Shown here: one piece after another, positions 47,372 to 57,596 of the stretch | Layout of the letters: every line of letters begins with the position of its first letter | Position numbering within the stretch: the stretch's first letter is position 1 | Assembly: GCA_947503575.1 (NCBI GenBank) | Contig: CANNDZ010000003.1 | Span: 159,100 to 223,099 of the forward strand | DNA length: 64,000 bases | Direction: 5' to 3' | From: an uncultured Kordiimonas sp. | Lineage (GTDB): Bacteria > Pseudomonadota > Alphaproteobacteria > Sphingomonadales > Kordiimonadaceae | Translations under genes and position numbers: made by a program | The notes under the pieces: generated by a model | What the model was told of the DNA's origin: nothing | What the model saw: only the letters and a program-made list of their open reading frames with translations | The model's database searches: none

Positions 47372-50080
47372 TTAGAAACGATAACGACCACGGAAGTAAT
47401 ACTGGCCGCCGTTGAAACCAAAGGGCGCAGCCTCTGGGTACAACTGACCAAGACTTCCTGCAAACGGGTTTTCGTCAGGATAGTTGTCGAACAGGTTGTT
47501 CACACCGGCGACCAACTCAAACTTCTCTGTGAGTTGATACGCGATTTCCGCATCAACCAGAAGTTCTGCACCGATATCGTTGACCCCGTTACCAGTGTCA
47601 TCCCATCCGCCAAAGTAGCTGAACCGCAGCAATGTAGTGATTGGGCCTTCAGCATGTGTCCAAGTTAGAGTGCTTCTGAAGTTCGGAAGCAAGTCTTCAA
47701 GTGCCTGTACACGGCCATCACTGATTGGGTTCAATGTACCTGTATCAGTAACTTCTGTTTCCGTGAAGTTCATGGCCAAAACAACGTTCGATACGCCATT
47801 ACGGAAATTGAAGCCATACCGGCCAACAACGTCAATACCACGTGTACTGGTGCTGAAACTGTTGGAGAAGAACCGGAACTGAGACAGATCATCAAGACCA
47901 ATAAACTCCTGACGATCAATGACGCCTGCCGCATCAAGGCCGGTCAACGCTTCGGATACAGTGCCAAAGGTATCACCCCTAACGGAGTTCAGGGCATCCA
48001 AGAAGTTCACGTTGGCACCCAGTGCAACACGGTTGTCAACGTCGATATCGAAGAAATCGACAGTCCAGGTAGACTCACCTAAGTCGAAAGCAAACCCAAC
48101 GGACATGTTGCGCGCTTCCTCGGTACCGAGTGTAGGACGTCCATTACCCTGACGTTCGATGAAGTCAGCCGCCAACTGTCCCGCAGCAGATGACAAAGGC
48201 AATGTACCCTGGTCAATAAGCTGCCCACCAACGTTTTGGGTGGTCACGTTTGTAATGTTGGCCTGACCAGCTGTCGGTGCATGGAAACCTGTTGAAATCG
48301 TACCGCGGATGCGGAACTTGTCGCTGACACGATACAAAGCGGCAAGTTTGTAGTTCAGGGTGTCACCAAACGCACTATAGTCTTCGTAGCGCAAAGCGCC
48401 CTGAAGCGTCAGGTTATCAGTGGCATCAAACTCAACATCAATGTAACCGGCATAGCTGTTCTGAGAGTTAGACGAGCTGTTCGGAAAACCACCAAAGCCA
48501 TTTGAACTTGATGAGAATCCTTGATCAGCAAGGGGCCCCAAGGCAAATGAGGCAGCGTCGCCCGCGTCCAGATCAAATTGCTCTTCACGATATTCACCAC
48601 CAAACGCGATGTTAATATCCGACGCAAAGTCACTCGCTATTGCATAAGAGAAATCCGCGTTGACGGCAGTTTCAATTTGTTCCTGGCCACCCGGTGTGAA
48701 GTTCCGGGGCGTATCTGGGCCAAGCGATGCGTTGATCGTGTTGTTGATGAAGAAGTCAGTGCGGTTTGAACCGTGCGTGATGCTCAGGTCGTAATCAAGG
48801 CCGCTTCCCATCTCCAGTTGACCCCGAACACCACCAGCGATGCTATAATCTCTGTTGTCACCGCCAAAGCGTGGCACAAAGCCACCCGGAATAGTTTCAA
48901 TGAAGGAGAAACAGTTAGCACTTGCTGTTACCTGCGCCAGGATGGTTGGGTCAGGAATGAGACCAGCATCACCAGTTAGTGGAATCCCTGCCGGGCAAGC
49001 TTCGCCAACGCCCAAGCCGTCAAGATCACCGACGCGAACAGAAGCAACGCCTTCCGGGTCAACCGCACCAGTCAATGGATCAACAGTCGGACCGCGGTAT
49101 ACGCCGCCACGGTTGGTCGGGTTTCTGTAGAAGAAGCCACCAGTCACCCGCCGTTCGGCATAACTACCGAAGGCATACAATTCGATAGACTCGTTAATAG
49201 TGAAAGCCGAGTTGACAAAAAGCTTTAGGTCATCTTCAACATCGGGCTGACCCCAATATTGTGGCACTTCATCCGTGTAAGTATTGATGGTGCGGAAATC
49301 AGCAGCGTCGGTATTACCCGCAGCTATCAGCGCCAGAACGTCGTCCCGAACAACCGAGCGAACTGTACCGTCGGTGTCGCCGTATTCGGCTGTAACATTG
49401 ACAAACCCGGCTTCACCCAGTGGCAGCCCCACATTGGCAGCAACGCGGTAATTATCGCCGTCACCCTCGTAAGTTGAACCGTAAGTCACCTCAACGGTTC
49501 CGCCTTCCGCACGATCTTGCAGCGCGAAGTTAATAACACCAGCGATCGCATCTGAACCATATTGCGACGATGCACCATCCCGCAGGACTTCAACGCGTTT
49601 TAACGCGAGGGAAGGCAATGCAGAAATATCCACACCTTGCGAGCCATCAGCAATACCGCCACCAAGGAATGAAATAACTGAGCCACGGTGACGACGCTTG
49701 CCGTTAACCAGAACAAGCGTGTTGTCAGGCGACAGGCCCCGCAGGTTCGCCGGGCGAACAATACTGGCCGCATCGGAAATAGGCTGTGTATTAATGTTGA
49801 ACGATGGTACGGATTGTCTCAGCAGGTCCTGCACGTCCGTCGCGGCACTTTGCCGGAACTCGCCAACTTCAATGACATCAATCGGCGCCGTTGTATCAAT
49901 CGCGGACCGTCCTTTACGACGTGTACCAAGTGTAACAATTTCTTCTACGTTAACGACTTTGACGCCGTCATCGTCATCTGCTGCGGCTGACTGCGCAACA
50001 GCCGGTGCCGCCATAATACTGGTCAGCAGGGCTGTTGACGTCATCAACCCAAGTCTCTGATTAAATGTAGTTCTGGCCAT
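47372..50080 (-). CDS. TonB-dependent receptor
   Basis: VEEIVTLG, NLRGLSPDNTLVLVNGKRRH, EVLRDGASSQYGSDAIAGVINF, terminal YRF; ATG at 50080 with GGAGG RBS. Confidence 0.93.
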   Translation of the reverse strand: MARTTFNQRLGLMTSTALLTSIMAAPAVAQSAAADDDDGVKVVNVEEIVTLGTRRKGRSAIDTTAPIDVIEVGEFRQSAATDVQDLLRQSVPSFNINTQPISDAASIVRPANLRGLSPDNTLVLVNGKRRHRGSVISFLGGGIADGSQGVDISALPSLALKRVEVLRDGASSQYGSDAIAGVINFALQDRAEGGTVEVTYGSTYEGDGDNYRVAANVGLPLGEAGFVNVTAEYGDTDGTVRSVVRDDVLALIAAGNTDAADFRTINTYTDEVPQYWGQPDVEDDLKLFVNSAFTINESIELYAFGSYAERRVTGGFFYRNPTNRGGVYRGPTVDPLTGAVDPEGVASVRVGDLDGLGVGEACPAGIPLTGDAGLIPDPTILAQVTASANCFSFIETIPGGFVPRFGGDNRDYSIAGGVRGQLEMGSGLDYDLSITHGSNRTDFFINNTINASLGPDTPRNFTPGGQEQIETAVNADFSYAIASDFASDINIAFGGEYREEQFDLDAGDAASFALGPLADQGFSSSSNGFGGFPNSSSNSQNSYAGYIDVEFDATDNLTLQGALRYEDYSAFGDTLNYKLAALYRVSDKFRIRGTISTGFHAPTAGQANITNVTTQNVGGQLIDQGTLPLSSAAGQLAADFIERQGNGRPTLGTEEARNMSVGFAFDLGESTWTVDFFDIDVDNRVALGANVNFLDALNSVRGDTFGTVSEALTGLDAAGVIDRQEFIGLDDLSQFRFFSNSFSTSTRGIDVVGRYGFNFRNGVSNVVLAMNFTETEVTDTGTLNPISDGRVQALEDLLPNFRSTLTWTHAEGPITTLLRFSYFGGWDDTGNGVNDIGAELLVDAEIAYQLTEKFELVAGVNNLFDNYPDENPFAGSLGQLYPEAAPFGFNGGQYYFRGRYRF

Positions 50081-50329
50081 CCATAGCCTCCCCTTCTTGT
50101 GTAGCTTTTGATGCAGGACAGCTAAATGCGATCTATCGCCCTGCCTCGTCTTTTCATGACGCAATTCATCAAGCCCGACAGATACACCCGAAACGCTGCT
50201 CAGCTACTGATCATCCGAAGCAGGGCGCGGTTCCTAATAATACCGCACTCAAACACTTCTTCTGGCCACCGCGTGAAAGTTAGAGCCAAGATCATTTTTC
50301 AACTTATGCTTTCCAAAATGCACTTTCGT

Positions 50330-50349
50330 TTATGACAAGGTTGTCATAA
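50330..50349. promoter_or_regulatory. Inverted-repeat operator candidate upstream of the TBDR
   Basis: TTATGACAA-GG-TTGTCATAA, perfect 9-bp arms. Confidence 0.55.
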
Positions 50350-50519
50350 TTAACCAATCATTTGTTGGTAAGAAAGAAAAACTTTTCTTGCATAAATACG
50401 CAAGAATACACCTCAAAATACCTAAAGTGTGACATAAATGTTTCTAAGGCATTTCAATATTATGACTCTGTCCAGAGTATGGGATGCTACGGCACTCCAG
50501 AAACAACACTCTTAGCGTG

Positions 50520-51071
50520 TTACCTTTGGGAAGTGGCGTCTTTGGTCATTGGAATGAAGTCAATTTCCATCTGCCGACCAACCGGATAAGCAACCCGCTC
50601 GTCGCCTTCATACCCGTTGCGACGATAAAAACGCGCCCCAGTAAGGGTGGCCATAAGCTCAAAACGGGTAAAGTTGGATTTTAGGGCTTCAGTCTCGCAG
50701 CGATTTAACAAAGACAGTCCAACATCATGCCCAACAAAGTCTGGATCAACAAAGAACGCCCGTATCTTTGCCCGGTCGACTTTAGGGTCTAAAAATGCAG
50801 GGTTGCGACTTGTGTAGGCGTTACCACCAAATAAAGTGGCACGCTTGCTCCAGCCCCCGCATCCAATTATTTGGCGATCGGTCTGACATACGAAGTAGGT
50901 TTGATCATCAATGAGTGCTGTATCAATCGCCCATGCACCATCAAGCGCAGCATCTACCTCTTCTGCTGAATAGTCTTTTATGCATAGCGCTTTCGCTGAG
51001 CGTTTTATCAGCGCTGCCAAAATAGGTATATCTTCCCGAACGGCTAGGCGAATGTGCACAATCGGCTCCAA
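50520..51071 (-). CDS. GNAT family N-acetyltransferase
   Basis: IIGCGGWS, KIRAFFVDPDFVGHDVGLSLL, ATLTGARFYRRNGY. Confidence 0.88.
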   Translation of the reverse strand: MEPIVHIRLAVREDIPILAALIKRSAKALCIKDYSAEEVDAALDGAWAIDTALIDDQTYFVCQTDRQIIGCGGWSKRATLFGGNAYTSRNPAFLDPKVDRAKIRAFFVDPDFVGHDVGLSLLNRCETEALKSNFTRFELMATLTGARFYRRNGYEGDERVAYPVGRQMEIDFIPMTKDATSQR

Positions 51072-51209
51072 TCAAGTGATTTAGAGAAAGCTGGCACATA
51101 AATAGCTCTGTTTCTAGAGGGTTTGCATAAGCCCATATTACGGGGCACATTCGCGCAAGTACTATATGCTTGTCGAAGTTCTGCGGTCTTTACTGCAATG
51201 GCTGCCCCC

Positions 51210-53636
51210 TCATTCCCTTCGCAGCACATTTATTGGACTCTCGGTAGAGATCTTTACTGCATCATAAAGTGATAGCAGCAAAATAATTGCCAGCAACATA
51301 ACGAGAGGCAAGGTCAAAAGAACACCGCCAATTTCTATGCGCTCAACATAAAGCGTGAGCCATTGCTCGCTGAAATACCATCCAGCCGGCACGGCCAAAA
51401 AGGCGCTGTAGACCAAAGGTCTCATGGATCGCAGCATAACAGGGAAAAAGATCTGGTATGGCCGTGCCCCCAAACACTTCCTAATTGCAGCAGACTTTCG
51501 CATCGCCATTTGCGCTGTTCTAAGCAGAGCAAGAAACCCGGTAAGGGCAATGCCCCCTGCAATAATTCCAAAAAATGTCAGCAAGTTTGACCGATCAACC
51601 GCATCTGCAAAAGTGGCTTCGATTTCGTTGGCAAGCTGAACCCTATCAATGGCGAATTCAGGAAGTGTCTGCCGCCATATTTCTTCGATCCGGTTAATCG
51701 TCTGCGCATCAGCCCCTTCTCTCAGCCGCGCTAATATGGTGCCATGGTTCCAGGGCCAATCAATAAACAGACGAGGTAAGATTTGTGTATCGGAGGGTTC
51801 AAAGCGAAAGTCGGGCACAACCCCAACAATCGTCAATTGAAATTGCCACGTGCCAGTCCCTTGAACAACAGCACCAATGGCGTCTTCCGGATTCGCGAAA
51901 CCAAACACCCGAACGGCGGCTTCATTGACCATAATATTTGCCGAGCCAGTGTTATCGCCCTGGCTCCGAGCATCTAGTTGATCGCCAGGGAAATCACGAA
52001 CCAATGCGCGGCCGACAAGCGGTTCGATACCCAGCACACTCAAGACATTGGCGTCTCCTGCCTGATAAGAAACGGTCACCGGTTCGTTCGTTTCATCTCC
52101 GACCAACCGGACCCGCATCGATGCCGTATTTTGACCCGGCAACCAAGCCACAAGACCAACCTCTTCAACGTCCGGAATCTCAGCAATACGATCAGAAATC
52201 AATCGCGCATGATCAATGTACCCCGGTACGTTAGACAGTCTGATCGCCTGGATACGCTCGGGATCATATCCAAGGTCCAGATTGCGAAGGTGGTTGGTCT
52301 GGTAATGCCCAACCGTCGCCAACATCATCACGCTTAAGGAAACCGTGAATTGGACAACCAACATGACGGTTGCAAATATGGACTTTACACTCATACCCAG
52401 TTGCTTTTTTGCCTGCAGCAGTTGAGCCGGTCCCACCTGTTCAATACGCGACAAAGAATAAAGACTTGAAAGCACTGCCGGTACAAACGCTGATACCAGC
52501 GCAACCAAAACAATGCTCCAGTCCACCGTTAATCCACTCTGGGTGCTCTCGGCGAAAAATAGATATGGCACCAAAATTTCGTGCACGGCGAGACTGATCG
52601 GAAAGGCAGGGATACTGAATACAAGGGTGCGCCAGGCGATTGCGGCTGCAATATGTTTGCGTTGGGCCCCGTGAATTTTCTTCAACACCAAAAGCTGCAA
52701 ACGGAGCAGGCTATCCGCCGTTGTCAAAAATATTGAGTTCAGGGTAACGGCCAGAAAAATCAAAACACCAATGCCTGCAAAAACCTGCAATTGGAATTTA
52801 TCCCCACGCGGGCGCAGCGCATAGAAATCCGTTGGCTGCAGATGCACATCTGCAATGGGTGAGAAGATGTAGCGCAACCGCTCGCTGGTTGCCCGGCCTT
52901 CATCTGCCGGTATATTCTGATCGATAAAGGTCGCAATATTGTTGTTCAGCCTATCAAATGACTGAGGGCTTTTAAGCCGAGCATATGTGTGGCTGCTGTA
53001 CCAATTCCAGTTGGACATAACATTGCCGGTGCGTTCAATGTAAGCGATAGGTACCGGTATGAAAATGTCATTGGCAAAATGGGTGTTTGAGGGCCATTCA
53101 GGTAAAACAGCAGCAACCCGATAGTCCTGAGGCCCCTCTGGCATTTGAATGGTGATGGTTTCACCCACAACATTAGTTTGGCCAAAGTATTTCAACGCTG
53201 CCGTGGCTGTTATTACTGAGGTTGATGGGGCAAGATTAGGCCGGTCCTCACCGTGCAAAACTGGCAGACGAACAACGTTAAAAAAGTTTGGATCAGCCCA
53301 GAAAACAACTTCATTAAAAACAGCATTGCCGCGCTGGACGCTCAGTACGCGCACTTGTAGGCGAGCGATGTCTTCAACATCGTCGGGTGCAAAGGCTGGC
53401 AATGCACCTGCCAATGGCGCGGGCACACGGGCCAGCCGTTTGCCGTTTGTCGGGAACAATGCACTCACTTGCGCTGTGACTTCATGGTCCTCAATCCAGG
53501 TATCATAGCCGACTTCACTGGCGATAAAACTGGCGATCATTAATATTGCTGTTAAAGCGATGGTAATCCCAAATCCACTTGCCAGTATCGGCAGCGTCGC
53601 CCGACCTATTTTCGGAAACCATCTCGATAACAGCAT
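51210..53636 (-). CDS. ABC transporter permease (tandem MacB-PCD/FtsX domains)
   Basis: 808 aa, ADPNFFNV, LGYDPERI, IVGVVPDF, two K-x-x-GA motifs (KKIHGA, RKCLGA). Confidence 0.8.
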   Translation of the reverse strand: MLLSRWFPKIGRATLPILASGFGITIALTAILMIASFIASEVGYDTWIEDHEVTAQVSALFPTNGKRLARVPAPLAGALPAFAPDDVEDIARLQVRVLSVQRGNAVFNEVVFWADPNFFNVVRLPVLHGEDRPNLAPSTSVITATAALKYFGQTNVVGETITIQMPEGPQDYRVAAVLPEWPSNTHFANDIFIPVPIAYIERTGNVMSNWNWYSSHTYARLKSPQSFDRLNNNIATFIDQNIPADEGRATSERLRYIFSPIADVHLQPTDFYALRPRGDKFQLQVFAGIGVLIFLAVTLNSIFLTTADSLLRLQLLVLKKIHGAQRKHIAAAIAWRTLVFSIPAFPISLAVHEILVPYLFFAESTQSGLTVDWSIVLVALVSAFVPAVLSSLYSLSRIEQVGPAQLLQAKKQLGMSVKSIFATVMLVVQFTVSLSVMMLATVGHYQTNHLRNLDLGYDPERIQAIRLSNVPGYIDHARLISDRIAEIPDVEEVGLVAWLPGQNTASMRVRLVGDETNEPVTVSYQAGDANVLSVLGIEPLVGRALVRDFPGDQLDARSQGDNTGSANIMVNEAAVRVFGFANPEDAIGAVVQGTGTWQFQLTIVGVVPDFRFEPSDTQILPRLFIDWPWNHGTILARLREGADAQTINRIEEIWRQTLPEFAIDRVQLANEIEATFADAVDRSNLLTFFGIIAGGIALTGFLALLRTAQMAMRKSAAIRKCLGARPYQIFFPVMLRSMRPLVYSAFLAVPAGWYFSEQWLTLYVERIEIGGVLLTLPLVMLLAIILLLSLYDAVKISTESPINVLRRE

Positions 53637-53639
53637 TGC

Positions 53640-54659
53640 CTATCTCCCCTGGGCCTTATTGAAAGTGCTATTTAAAAAATCAAAACTAAACACCTCTAAA
53701 ACATCAATTGCAGGTGCCAGAGATGATTGATTGCCACCAGCCACTAAAATTCGGTCTTTGACTGTGACGGCCCGAACATGACGTCTCGGTGTGAATGGTA
53801 AGGCGAGGTCGCGCCATTCACCAGAAGAAACATCAAAGCCTAAAACCGAAGACTGCTCATTGTAATCGCCAAATAAAAACAAACGGTTTTCATTTCCGGC
53901 ACCAGCATGTGCGCTTAGTGGTCTGGGTGGCGGCGTACCAAGTGACCATGAGTTGGCTTCAGGGTCAAAAATCTGTGTTAATGCATACGCCTTTTGGCGG
54001 TCGAACCCGCCAATTACATACACTTTTTCTTTCACCACGATGGATGCTGCATTACCAACAGCAGTGGGCATAGGCGTGCGCTCGACCCATGTGTCATAGG
54101 GAGGCGCGGTTTCAAATACGCGGCTACTTGGTTTTGAAACACCGGCCTCGACATCTCTGTAGATACCACCGAATACGAAGACTGACTGGCCTACTACCAC
54201 TGCGGATAAATCAATGAGAGGTACAGGTAAATCAGGTCCCCGCCATATGGCCTGGGTATCAAGGTCAATTCGCTCCACCTCGGCAGCAAGCCGCCGTTGA
54301 TCACCGACCTGAGTTCTGCCACCAAGCAACCATAAATGACCGTTTAACCAGACAGACGCATGGTTGGCTCTTGGAAAAATTGCATTGGCTAGAAATGTTT
54401 GCTTCAAAGTGTCGGGCGCAATCGCTTCAACCACCGACATCACGCCTGAATGGGTGTGATTTTCAGTTACGCCCGCCCCAATCGGCGCACCGCCTGAAAT
54501 GAAAGCACGCGCTCCATCAGTTGTCAGCGACGGAGCATATCGAGGAATATATAGGTGGCCGCGCGCCGTTTCTTGGGAGGATATGCCGGCGCTTGCAATG
54601 GTGCCAACCATCACCAACGTTGTCACATACTTCCCAATGGTTCTTAGCACAGCATTCAT
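53640..54659 (-). CDS. Secreted Kelch-repeat beta-propeller protein
   Basis: Signal-like N-terminus; repeats LWLLGG, VFVFGG, VYVIGG, LFLFG, ILVAGG, each followed by Y/W positions. Confidence 0.85.
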   Translation of the reverse strand: MNAVLRTIGKYVTTLVMVGTIASAGISSQETARGHLYIPRYAPSLTTDGARAFISGGAPIGAGVTENHTHSGVMSVVEAIAPDTLKQTFLANAIFPRANHASVWLNGHLWLLGGRTQVGDQRRLAAEVERIDLDTQAIWRGPDLPVPLIDLSAVVVGQSVFVFGGIYRDVEAGVSKPSSRVFETAPPYDTWVERTPMPTAVGNAASIVVKEKVYVIGGFDRQKAYALTQIFDPEANSWSLGTPPPRPLSAHAGAGNENRLFLFGDYNEQSSVLGFDVSSGEWRDLALPFTPRRHVRAVTVKDRILVAGGNQSSLAPAIDVLEVFSFDFLNSTFNKAQGR

Positions 54660-54678
54660 TGTTTCGTTTCCCTAGTCG

Positions 54679-55932
54679 CTACCTTCTTAACTCTTTAGGT
54701 GCGTTTTTCATTTCTTGGTTGGTTTGTTCGGGATTTCCGCCTTTTTGTCCGGCCAATAAACGCCATGCTGCCTCAAGCGGCCCCTGCCTGTAGCGTTTTA
54801 GCCATAAATCGCTTCCCACAAGCTGGATGGCCCAAACACCTACAACAAAGAGGAAAAGTATATCGGGATCGAGCGTATCGAACGCACCTGGCATGAAAAC
54901 GTGGAAAACAATCAAAAAGAAAATCGAATGAAAAATGTAATTAGTAAGCGCCGTCTTGCCGATGGCCTCGATCATACGCTTAATTTGACCGGTAATATTT
55001 GGGTAAAGGAAATGAATGGCGGATAGAAGCGCGAGTGACAGTACAGAGCAGCCTGTTCGGAAGGTGATATTTTGCAGCGGCAATTCCGTGGTAAAGCCCA
55101 TGAACGGACCAACGGTTGGATTAGAGCCAACGCGCGCCAAAATGCCATACAGCACAAGCGGCAGGCCAATACAGAGGCCAATTACAGCCCACTTTTTATA
55201 GAAGCCAGCATCTTTGCGGCCCTGCAGGGCACCAGACCTGAACAGTGCCATACCTATCAGCATGAAGCCAAAGGCACTCCATATCCGGAAATAAGGCAAC
55301 GCCGTCCATTGTAGAAACTGATTTCGCCATGCGTTGTAAGCAAAAAGGTCAGCATAAGTACCGGCATAGGCTTCAGAAATACTTGAAGGTGCATCGCCGT
55401 ATTCCACCCAGGAAAACAGCCATTTATCCAGTGTTTCGAAATATATTTGCGGCCACTCACCAATCAGAAGGCCGATAGTTTTAAAGCTGATGCCCACCAG
55501 AACAAGGGTCCAAACAGGAGCACGATAAAACAACAGCAAAAATGGCCCGCAAACCGCATAGGTGATTAATATGTCACCTGGCCACAAGATATAAGCGTGC
55601 ATCACCCCAAGCAAAAGCAGCACTGCCATTCGGCGAAGATAATATATGGAGAAACCTTTGGTCGTTCCGGCTGGCCCGGCAAGCAGGTAAATACTGGCAC
55701 CAAACAACATGCAAAAGATCGGAACAAATCGCTGATCAAAAATAAGATACTGACTGAGCCAGGCGCTGACACTCCAGAAGTCCGGCTCAATCACACGCGA
55801 CATGGAATCTCCGGCATGCCACGGAACATTTGCCACAAGCATGCCGAGAACAGCAACTCCCCTGAGAAAATCCAAGGACCTTATACGCCCTGTTTTCTCA
55901 CTGTTATTTCCAGCAACCCCTGCCCCTGTCAT
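54679..55932 (-). CDS. DUF418 (YeiB-like) membrane protein
   Basis: RIRSLDFLRGVAVLG, FCMLFGAS, GKTALTNY, WLKRYRQGPLE; ATG at 55932 with GAGGG RBS. Confidence 0.85.
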   Translation of the reverse strand: MTGAGVAGNNSEKTGRIRSLDFLRGVAVLGMLVANVPWHAGDSMSRVIEPDFWSVSAWLSQYLIFDQRFVPIFCMLFGASIYLLAGPAGTTKGFSIYYLRRMAVLLLLGVMHAYILWPGDILITYAVCGPFLLLFYRAPVWTLVLVGISFKTIGLLIGEWPQIYFETLDKWLFSWVEYGDAPSSISEAYAGTYADLFAYNAWRNQFLQWTALPYFRIWSAFGFMLIGMALFRSGALQGRKDAGFYKKWAVIGLCIGLPLVLYGILARVGSNPTVGPFMGFTTELPLQNITFRTGCSVLSLALLSAIHFLYPNITGQIKRMIEAIGKTALTNYIFHSIFFLIVFHVFMPGAFDTLDPDILFLFVVGVWAIQLVGSDLWLKRYRQGPLEAAWRLLAGQKGGNPEQTNQEMKNAPKELRR

Positions 55933-56191
55933 AAAACAGTCCCTCAATTATGTCGGCCATACCGGGCTTGGTTGCCAACCTGCCGCTAAGCAATGACACG
56001 TATGCACAAACGTAAATCGTTACAGTGTCATTCAGCTTGTTACGCCGATTTGGTTACTATATAACTTCTTTCGGGAGGCACAATGCAGCAATATGTAAAG
56101 CAATTACCAGAAAAATTCGGTAAACCGTTGAGGGTCTCGAACACGCAACCCCGGAGACTATAAGCAACACGCCTATCCAAGAGGTAATCAA

Positions 56192-57556
56192 ATGAAATTG
56201 ACCAAACGCCAATTCACTGCTTTAGCGACATCGTTCGCATTTGCCGGGCTTGCAAGGCATCAGGCTATTGCTTTGGAGAACCTTTCTGTCACGGGCACGG
56301 GATATGGGGCGCTGGTTCCAGACCCAAACGCCCTAATCGATTTACCGCCAGGCTTCTCATACGAGATTATCTCGAGCTTTGGTGACAGGATGACAGATGG
56401 CTTTCGGGTCCCGGACAACGCAGATGGGATGGGATGCTTTAAACTGGACGAGACACGCGTTACGCTGGTTCGCAACCACGAACTCAATGTATCAAACGAC
56501 GACCGCGGCCCGGCGCCTGATAATCCACAGCTTGATTTTACCATCTATGACAAACGGGATGACGGCACCCCTTTACCGGGCGGTACTACAACGATCATTT
56601 ACAATCTGAAAACTGGCGAAGTGGAAAAGGAATTTATCAGTCTGCTGGGTACCATCCGCAACTGCGCCGGCGGTGTAACGCCTTGGGGTAGCTGGCTAAC
56701 ATGCGAGGAAAACGTCACTCTAAGCGGCGATGGTGTTGACAAAGATCACGGTTGGGTTTTCGAAGTGCCCGCAAATGCCGATGGTCCGATTGACCCAAAA
56801 CCAATCAAGCAACTGGGACGCTTTAATCACGAAGCCGTGGCAGTCGACCCTAAAACTGGCATTCTATATTTGACCGAGGACCGGAACGACAGCCTCTTTT
56901 ACCGCTTTATCCCTAAAACACCTGGCAACCTTCATGAAGGCGGTAAGCTGCAAGCACTCGGATTTGCAGGACACACATCAGGCGCAGATAGCCGAAACTG
57001 GGACACACCTATATGGGATGTGGGAGACTGGGCCACCGCCTTCTGGATTGACCTAGACGATACTGATAGCCCCAATGTCGACGATTTGCGGATTAGAGGG
57101 CACGCCAAGGGTGCGGCAATTTTTGCGCGCGGTGAAGGCATTCATTGGGGCAACAATGAACTGTACTTCTGCTGCACGTCGGGTGGTCGTGCTGAATTGG
57201 GCCAAATCATGCGCTATGTGCCCAGTGCATTTGAAGGCACAGGCAAAGAAAACGATGAACCCGGCCAATTGCAGTTGTTTCTGGAGTCCAGCGACCCAAA
57301 CAGTTTTAACTTCGGCGATAACCTGACGGTGGCCCCAAATGGTCATTTGCTCGTTTGCGAAGACCAATACACTGACAATGTAGTCAATCACATTAGAGGG
57401 GTGACAACTGATGGTGAGGCCTATGACTTTGCCAGAATAAGAATTCAGTCAGAGTCTGCCGGCGCCTGTTTTTCACCAGACAGCACAACCTTGTTCGTCA
57501 ACATTTTCAGCCCCACAAGAACACTCGCAATTAAAGGGCCATGGCTACATTTATGA
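56192..57556 (+). CDS. phoX: PhoX-family alkaline phosphatase (DUF839)
   Basis: Tat-like TKRQF, RNHE, NCAGGVTPWGSWLTCEE, GRFNHEA, YLTED, RGEG, DNL, CED, ESAGACFSPD. Confidence 0.88.
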   Translation: MKLTKRQFTALATSFAFAGLARHQAIALENLSVTGTGYGALVPDPNALIDLPPGFSYEIISSFGDRMTDGFRVPDNADGMGCFKLDETRVTLVRNHELNVSNDDRGPAPDNPQLDFTIYDKRDDGTPLPGGTTTIIYNLKTGEVEKEFISLLGTIRNCAGGVTPWGSWLTCEENVTLSGDGVDKDHGWVFEVPANADGPIDPKPIKQLGRFNHEAVAVDPKTGILYLTEDRNDSLFYRFIPKTPGNLHEGGKLQALGFAGHTSGADSRNWDTPIWDVGDWATAFWIDLDDTDSPNVDDLRIRGHAKGAAIFARGEGIHWGNNELYFCCTSGGRAELGQIMRYVPSAFEGTGKENDEPGQLQLFLESSDPNSFNFGDNLTVAPNGHLLVCEDQYTDNVVNHIRGVTTDGEAYDFARIRIQSESAGACFSPDSTTLFVNIFSPTRTLAIKGPWLHL

Positions 57557-57596
57557 TTAAAAATACATCATTGATCTAAGTTTCTGGGCTAATTCT

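Noticed and set aside
55926-55943. CTGTCATAAAACAGTCCC resembling a Pho box upstream of phoX
   Set aside because: It coincides with the DUF418 start codon and RBS on the minus strand, the second half-site is poor, and it is ~250 bp from phoX
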